From the IMG/VR virus record IMGVR_UViG_3300028844_003505, positions 1-60,730 of that record: a DNA stretch of 60,730 nt. One strand, written 5' to 3'. The notes beneath the pieces are model-generated. The model was not told where the DNA came from. It saw only the letters and a program-made list of their open reading frames with translations, and did not search any database. Shown here piece after piece: positions 56,343 to 60,730 of the stretch (positions are counted from its first letter, which is position 1; every line of letters begins with the position of its first letter). The translations under genes and the position numbers were made by a program. Origin of the DNA: a virus. Taxonomy: Duplodnaviria; Caudoviricetes.

Positions 56343-56546
56343 ATGAATGAATATTGGCAATTTCCAAAACCGGATATACTAAAACGAATTGGATTTCCAT
56401 GCTCCTTTTGTAGCAGTAATCATGAAGACGATGGTGTATACATCATAGCGGGTCCGGGTGTTTATATATGTAGTGAGTGTGTGGAACTGTGTAACGAAGT
56501 ATTGGCAGAACAAAATAAAAAATCACATAATGCGGTAGGATTTTAA
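56343..56546 (+). CDS. Stand-alone ClpX C4 zinc-binding domain
   Basis: CSFC...[21 protein letters not shown]. Confidence 0.88.
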   Translation: MNEYWQFPKPDILKRIGFPCSFCSSNHEDDGVYIIAGPGVYICSECVELCNEVLAEQNKKSHNAVGF

Positions 56547-56547
56547 A

Positions 56548-57126
56548 ATGAGTGTACGATTAGACAAATTTTTAGTAATTGATCTTGAAGCTACTTGTTG
56601 GGAAGATGGTGTTGCTCCAAATGGAAAACTTCAAAAAGAAGAATCTGAAATTATTGAAATAGGAGTATGTGAAGTATTTAAATTGGATAATAAATACCAT
56701 ACCGGAAGATTGCAAAGTTATTATGTAAAACCAACAAAACATATTATAAGTGATTATTGTGAAGAATTAACAGGTATATCAGAATCACTATTGGAAGATA
56801 AAGGAACTACTTTAGATAGAGCATTGCATAACTTCAATAAAGATTTCGCCCCAAAATATAAACCATATATGGCATGGGGAAATTATGATAAGAAACAAAT
56901 CTTAAAGGAATGTGAAGAAAAGCAGATACTTAATAGGTATAAATTTTCAGATACATATCTAAATATAAAGAATTTGTTTTCATTAAAATATGGATTAGAT
57001 AAAGAAATTAGATTGAGTAAAGCATTAGAACTTGCAGGTATGGAATTTATTGGAAATGCTCATAGTGGAAAAGATGATGCACACAATACAGCTAGAATTT
57101 TATTGAAACTTATTAACCCTCTATAG
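56548..57126 (+). CDS. DEDDh 3'-5' exonuclease (ERI1/KapD-like)
   Basis: VIDLEATC, EIIEIG, ELTGI, WGNYD, HSGKDDA motifs. Confidence 0.9.
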   Translation: MSVRLDKFLVIDLEATCWEDGVAPNGKLQKEESEIIEIGVCEVFKLDNKYHTGRLQSYYVKPTKHIISDYCEELTGISESLLEDKGTTLDRALHNFNKDFAPKYKPYMAWGNYDKKQILKECEEKQILNRYKFSDTYLNIKNLFSLKYGLDKEIRLSKALELAGMEFIGNAHSGKDDAHNTARILLKLINPL

Positions 57127-57190
57127 TGTAATGGATGCATACGACTCTTCGAAAGTCTTGGTCAGGGTTCGAATCCTTGTGGGGGGTCCA
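57117..57190 (+). tRNA. tRNA-Arg(TCG)
   Basis: Cloverleaf, CCA; 5' end shared with tRNA-Arg(TCT). Confidence 0.88.
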
Positions 57191-57209
57191 AATAAAGATG
57201 GGATAAATT

Positions 57210-57629
57210 ATGAATATGATATCTGAAAAAATCAATAAATGGCATGTTGAAAATTGTGAAATATTAGAACCAGAAACATCAAATTTTTTGGAAATATTAG
57301 AACAGGATGTCAGCGAACTCAAAACGGTTGAAAGTAATAAAGCTGAGTTAGCTAATTTAATTGTTGAACATCAAAGAGAGATATCTGGATGGGAAGAAGA
57401 AGTATCCTCATATAAGTCTTCATATTATGATTTGAAAGAGTGTATAGAAACTTTGACAGATGATATCATACACGAGGTATCAAACATAAAACAAACGATA
57501 ATTGATGAATATTTATATGATTTGAAAGACGTTGATAAAAAAACATATATAGAAGAAAAGTTACGATTGTACGAAAATAACATTGATAATCATATATGGA
57601 AATTTAATAGCAACAATTATCATTTTTAA
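57210..57629 (+). CDS. Coiled-coil hypothetical protein
   Basis: ORF track. Confidence 0.55.
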   Translation: MNMISEKINKWHVENCEILEPETSNFLEILEQDVSELKTVESNKAELANLIVEHQREISGWEEEVSSYKSSYYDLKECIETLTDDIIHEVSNIKQTIIDEYLYDLKDVDKKTYIEEKLRLYENNIDNHIWKFNSNNYHF

Positions 57630-57631
57630 AC

Positions 57632-57706
57632 GGGTCGATAGTGTAACGGTAACATGACAGTCTCCAAAACTGTTCGATGTGGGTTCGAATCCTACTCTAC
57701 CCGCCA
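57632..57706 (+). tRNA. tRNA-Trp(CCA)
   Basis: Cloverleaf, G73, CCA. Confidence 0.9.
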
Positions 57707-57721
57707 AAAATAAATACATAC

Positions 57722-57796
57722 AGGGGATTGGTGTAACGGTTATCACGTTTGGTTTTGGTCCAGAAGATACGAGTTCGATTCTTGTATCCCCTTCCA
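57722..57796 (+). tRNA. tRNA-Gln(TTG)
   Basis: Cloverleaf, CCA. Confidence 0.88.
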
Positions 57797-57819
57797 CCTT
57801 TAAATAGGAGTGAGTAAAA

Positions 57820-58119
57820 ATGAGTAAAATACACAAGTACGATCAATATACACAATTAAGAAAAGATCAAAAAGCAGAGTTTGTTAATAATCAATTAATA
57901 AATATAATTGATGATATCGAAAGAAATTTACTACTATATCAAGAAAAAGTGGATGAAGTAAAATCAAAAAAAGAAATGTTAAAAAAGGTTTTAGAAAGTG
58001 ATGATGTAGATGAAATTTTTCATTATATTAGTAATAACTGTAATAATCATAGTAGAGGATATGATATTGACGAACAGTGGAGAATTTTTCAAGATAAAAC
58101 AAAACTAAATAGAGGATAA
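57820..58119 (+). CDS. Hypothetical protein
   Basis: AGGAG RBS. Confidence 0.6.
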   Translation: MSKIHKYDQYTQLRKDQKAEFVNNQLINIIDDIERNLLLYQEKVDEVKSKKEMLKKVLESDDVDEIFHYISNNCNNHSRGYDIDEQWRIFQDKTKLNRG

Positions 58120-58124
58120 ATATT

Positions 58125-58559
58125 ATGACAGACTCATTTTTGAAGATTATAAAGATGGATGCAGATAAAGCACGTAGAGCCGGAGAAAAGGATAAAGCAA
58201 CATCATTGATGACTCTATACTCCGAAGCATATATGAAAGGTAAGAATCGTGGTAATCGTGAAACTACCGATGACGAAGTTCTTGATATGATTCAAGTATT
58301 TGTTAAAAATATTGATGCTCTATTAGAACATCCATGCAATGCAGATTTCCGAGAAAAAGCAAAAATTGAACGAGAATTGCTATCTTCATATCTACCAGAA
58401 AAACTTACAGAAGAACAATTGGTAAATATGATCAACTCATATACTAAAAAATTAGAGATTACATCAATTGGTCAGGTTATGAAATGGTTGAAAGAAACAG
58501 TTCCAAATCAATATGATTCGAAACAAGCTTCCACAATAGCTAGGAGTTTTTTATCATAA
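58125..58559 (+). CDS. GatB/YqeY-domain protein
   Basis: TTDDEVL..I...VK, ERELLSSYLPEKLTEEQL, IGQVMKWLK motifs. Confidence 0.85.
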   Translation: MTDSFLKIIKMDADKARRAGEKDKATSLMTLYSEAYMKGKNRGNRETTDDEVLDMIQVFVKNIDALLEHPCNADFREKAKIERELLSSYLPEKLTEEQLVNMINSYTKKLEITSIGQVMKWLKETVPNQYDSKQASTIARSFLS

Positions 58560-58584
58560 CAAAAGTTCTTTAAGAAGGGATGGT

Positions 58585-59241
58585 ATGGAGTTAGTAGAAA
58601 CCGAATTGCCGGGTTGTTACCATTTAAAGTCAGTAAGTCAATATGAATTAGTTGCAACATTTATGAGGATGCAAGAATTTTATGAATCGAATATAGATGG
58701 TATTCGTGGAGTATATTTTAGTATAGAAGAATTCATGGATGCATATGCAAAAGAACATGGCAACTTTACATATTTTGTTGATTGGGTTGGTTTTAATTTA
58801 AGTAGTAGAATAATAAGAGAATTTTATAGAAAATTTCCAGTTAAAAAATTAACCAACAGAGAGAAAGAATTTAAAGAACTAATAGCTCCTATTTTAAAAA
58901 CTAGAAGAAAGTTTTGTATTATAGGAACATTTCAAAAGCTATCAAAAAAAGAATATAGCACATACGAACATGAAATGGCACATGGATTATATTTCTTAAA
59001 TAAGAAGTATAAGAAAAAAATGGATACTATGTTAGAGTCTCTTGGCGATTTCAAGCAACCATGTTTTGATATACTAAAGAAAAAGGGATATGATGAAACA
59101 GTTTATTATGATGAATTGCAAGCATATCTGGCAACATCAAAATATAATTATTTGAAGAAAAAACACTATACAAAATATATAAGCAAACCTCTTGTCTTAG
59201 AATTTAGAAAAGTGTTTTTAGAATTTAAATCGAGGATGTAA
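58585..59241 (+). CDS. Hypothetical HExxH (zincin-like) protein
   Basis: FMRMQEFYES, HEMAHGLY, DELQAY motifs. Confidence 0.65.
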   Translation: MELVETELPGCYHLKSVSQYELVATFMRMQEFYESNIDGIRGVYFSIEEFMDAYAKEHGNFTYFVDWVGFNLSSRIIREFYRKFPVKKLTNREKEFKELIAPILKTRRKFCIIGTFQKLSKKEYSTYEHEMAHGLYFLNKKYKKKMDTMLESLGDFKQPCFDILKKKGYDETVYYDELQAYLATSKYNYLKKKHYTKYISKPLVLEFRKVFLEFKSRM

Positions 59242-59247
59242 ATTATA

Positions 59248-59478
59248 ATGATATATGTTTTAATGGGATCAATAGTCTTATTTTGTTTGTTTGTGGTATT
59301 TTCTGTGATATTTCCAACTACTGGAAATCTTTTGATAGATAAAACAGATAAAGTTGAAAAAGTATTTGACAATTGGTGGGAAAGATGTATAATAGATAAA
59401 ATAAAGAAATTTGATAATTGGATGTTTGATAAAATAAAGAAATTTGATAATTGGATGTTTGATAAAATAAAGAAATAA
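59248..59478 (+). CDS. Small TM protein with 11-aa repeats
   Basis: N-terminal TM; DKIKKFDNWMF repeats. Confidence 0.55.
   Translation: MIYVLMGSIVLFCLFVVFSVIFPTTGNLLIDKTDKVEKVFDNWWERCIIDKIKKFDNWMFDKIKKFDNWMFDKIKK
59395..59476 (+). repeat. 33-nt tandem repeat x2.5
   Basis: GATAAAATAAAGAAATTTGATAATTGGATGTTT. Confidence 0.9.
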
Positions 59479-59489
59479 AGGAAAGTAAG

Positions 59490-59552
59490 ATGGACGACTA
59501 TTATTATAGAGAAAATCACATAACTAATAAGGTGAGTTGCATGAATGGTTAA
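59490..59552 (+). promoter_or_regulatory. Leader ORF MDDYYYRENHITNKVSCMNG reading into tRNA-Tyr
   Basis: AAGGAAAG RBS; TAT-TAT-TAT; stop codon lies in the tRNA D arm. Confidence 0.5.
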
Positions 59553-59616
59553 ATGACCCGGTTGTAACCCGGAGGTACGGACACCGTTATAGGTTCGAAT
59601 CCTATGCTCACCACCA
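59531..59616 (+). tRNA. tRNA-Tyr(GTA)
   Basis: Class II cloverleaf with long variable arm, ACCA. Confidence 0.9.
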
Positions 59617-59626
59617 AATATATTGT

Positions 59627-59701
59627 GGCGGTATAGACTAACGGTTAGGTCACATGACTTTCACTCATGTAGTTCGGGTTCAAATCCCGATATCGTCACC
59701 A
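59627..59701 (+). tRNA. tRNA-Glu(TTC)
   Basis: Cloverleaf, ACCA. Confidence 0.9.
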
Positions 59702-59729
59702 AAATTAATTTTAATTTATAGGAGTTTAA

Positions 59730-60730
59730 ATGAAAAAATTTTTACTAAGTATTATGATAGTTTTATTTTTAGCAACACCCGTTCTTGCTGAATTTTCAGC
59801 AGAAGAAAATGACCAAATTACAATCTTGCACCAAGCTGGTGAAGAATTTAGTGTGGCTGTTGATACTGCTCTTGCTGGATGGGACACAGATCAAGCATCA
59901 CCCATGCCATTTGATATTTATAGAGTAGGAAAGATTAAATCTGACTTAGTAGATAGTAATATTCGGTTGTTGGGTTCGGCAACTGGTAATGTTGTAGGAT
60001 TTCCTCTTTACCCTAATAATAATCAATTGACTGGTGATCGAGCAACCGATGTAGAAAATGCTTGGATATATGTAGATGAAGTTATTAAAGAAATAAATAG
60101 AATTTCAAATAACATGAATAATGTGCGAAATGGAAATATCGCTGAATCCTATGCAGATCAATTGACATTATCTCAGAGTCAGTTGGCAGAAGTTATTTTG
60201 ATGTTAGAATCTATAGATCGTTCATTATCATTTTCTGAACCATACTTAGATATATTTCCATTACAATTTGGTCCACATGGAGATTTCCTAAATGCTCAAA
60301 AATCATTAGGAGAAAGTAGACGATTACTATTTTATTCAGGTATTCAATTACATTTTGCCTTGACTAGAACAAATACTAATCATACTGAAAACGTTGTCGA
60401 TTATAGTGACTGTGTGCAAAGATTATTTACAAAACTATCATGGATTGCTAATTTGTCAAACAACGTACCTGTAGATAATGAGGCTAGTGCTGTACTCAAT
60501 GCTACGGGCGAAGGATTAGAGCGAGCATCAGTTTTGGTGGCATTGAAACAGATTGAGGTAGCCAATAGAGATATGCCAAGAGATTATGATTGTGCTATCG
60601 GCAAATTGACTGGCATGATGGTAGACGAAGAAGATAAAGAAGCTAGAAAATTAATTGGCAGTTCTATTAGTTTTCTAACAAGAGGATGGTTGAACGGTCC
60701 TGATGGATGGAACAATAACTTTATGCAAAT
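59730..60730 (+). CDS. 3'-truncated exported protein
   Basis: AGGAG RBS; signal peptide MKKFLLSIMIVLFLATPVLA; appears open to the window end. Confidence 0.7.
   Translation, partial: MKKFLLSIMIVLFLATPVLAEFSAEENDQITILHQAGEEFSVAVDTALAGWDTDQASPMPFDIYRVGKIKSDLVDSNIRLLGSATGNVVGFPLYPNNNQLTGDRATDVENAWIYVDEVIKEINRISNNMNNVRNGNIAESYADQLTLSQSQLAEVILMLESIDRSLSFSEPYLDIFPLQFGPHGDFLNAQKSLGESRRLLFYSGIQLHFALTRTNTNHTENVVDYSDCVQRLFTKLSWIANLSNNVPVDNEASAVLNATGEGLERASVLVALKQIEVANRDMPRDYDCAIGKLTGMMVDEEDKEARKLIGSSISFLTRGWLNGPDGWNNNFMQ

Noticed and set aside
44242-56350. ORF-track calls 45325-45564, 46922-47119, 56165-56350 and the 5' extensions of 44242 and 47370
   Set aside because: They overlap structured RNAs or tRNAs, lack an RBS and have atypical composition.
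594-59519. Minus-strand ORFs
   Set aside because: They are shadows of plus-strand genes or RNAs; RBSs, promoters and recognisable motifs are on the plus strand.

Overview
This window is an AT-rich, essentially all plus-strand segment of a large T4-like myovirus genome, probably infecting a Gram-negative host (it has an i-/o-spanin pair and sigma70-type early promoters). In order it contains: a head module (small capsid-targeted proteins, gp21, gp22, gp23); an early accessory region built from repeated promoter/leader cassettes; gp3, uvsY, uvsW, dUTPase, gp55, gp47/46, Hsp20, CobT/CobS-like genes, gp45/44/62, regA, gp43, ligase, uvsX and gp41; a T5 A1-like protein; late virion/internal-protein and lysis genes; and a ~15.5 kb RNA island (44.2-59.7 kb). 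The island has 19 conventional tRNA genes interleaved with NAD-salvage (NadM-Nudix, NAMPT), NADAR, HD-hydrolase, vWA, ClpX-zinc-finger, exonuclease and YqeY genes. Its most striking content is non-canonical tRNA-derived RNA: (i) five circularly permuted tRNA-like elements (T arm before D arm), two of them joined by a 10-bp loop-loop complementarity and one retaining an internal CCA end downstream of a 252-aa gene; (ii) a family of CCA-tailed hairpin RNAs sharing an ATAC...GGAT motif; (iii) two CCA-tailed pseudoknot RNAs; (iv) anticodon-less tRNA mimics; and (v) short leader ORFs carrying the cognate codon immediately upstream of tRNA-Lys, tRNA-Ile(UAU) and tRNA-Tyr, suggesting codon-sensing control of tRNA maturation. 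All protein calls come from motif recognition and synteny and all RNA folds were paired by eye; no searches were run.
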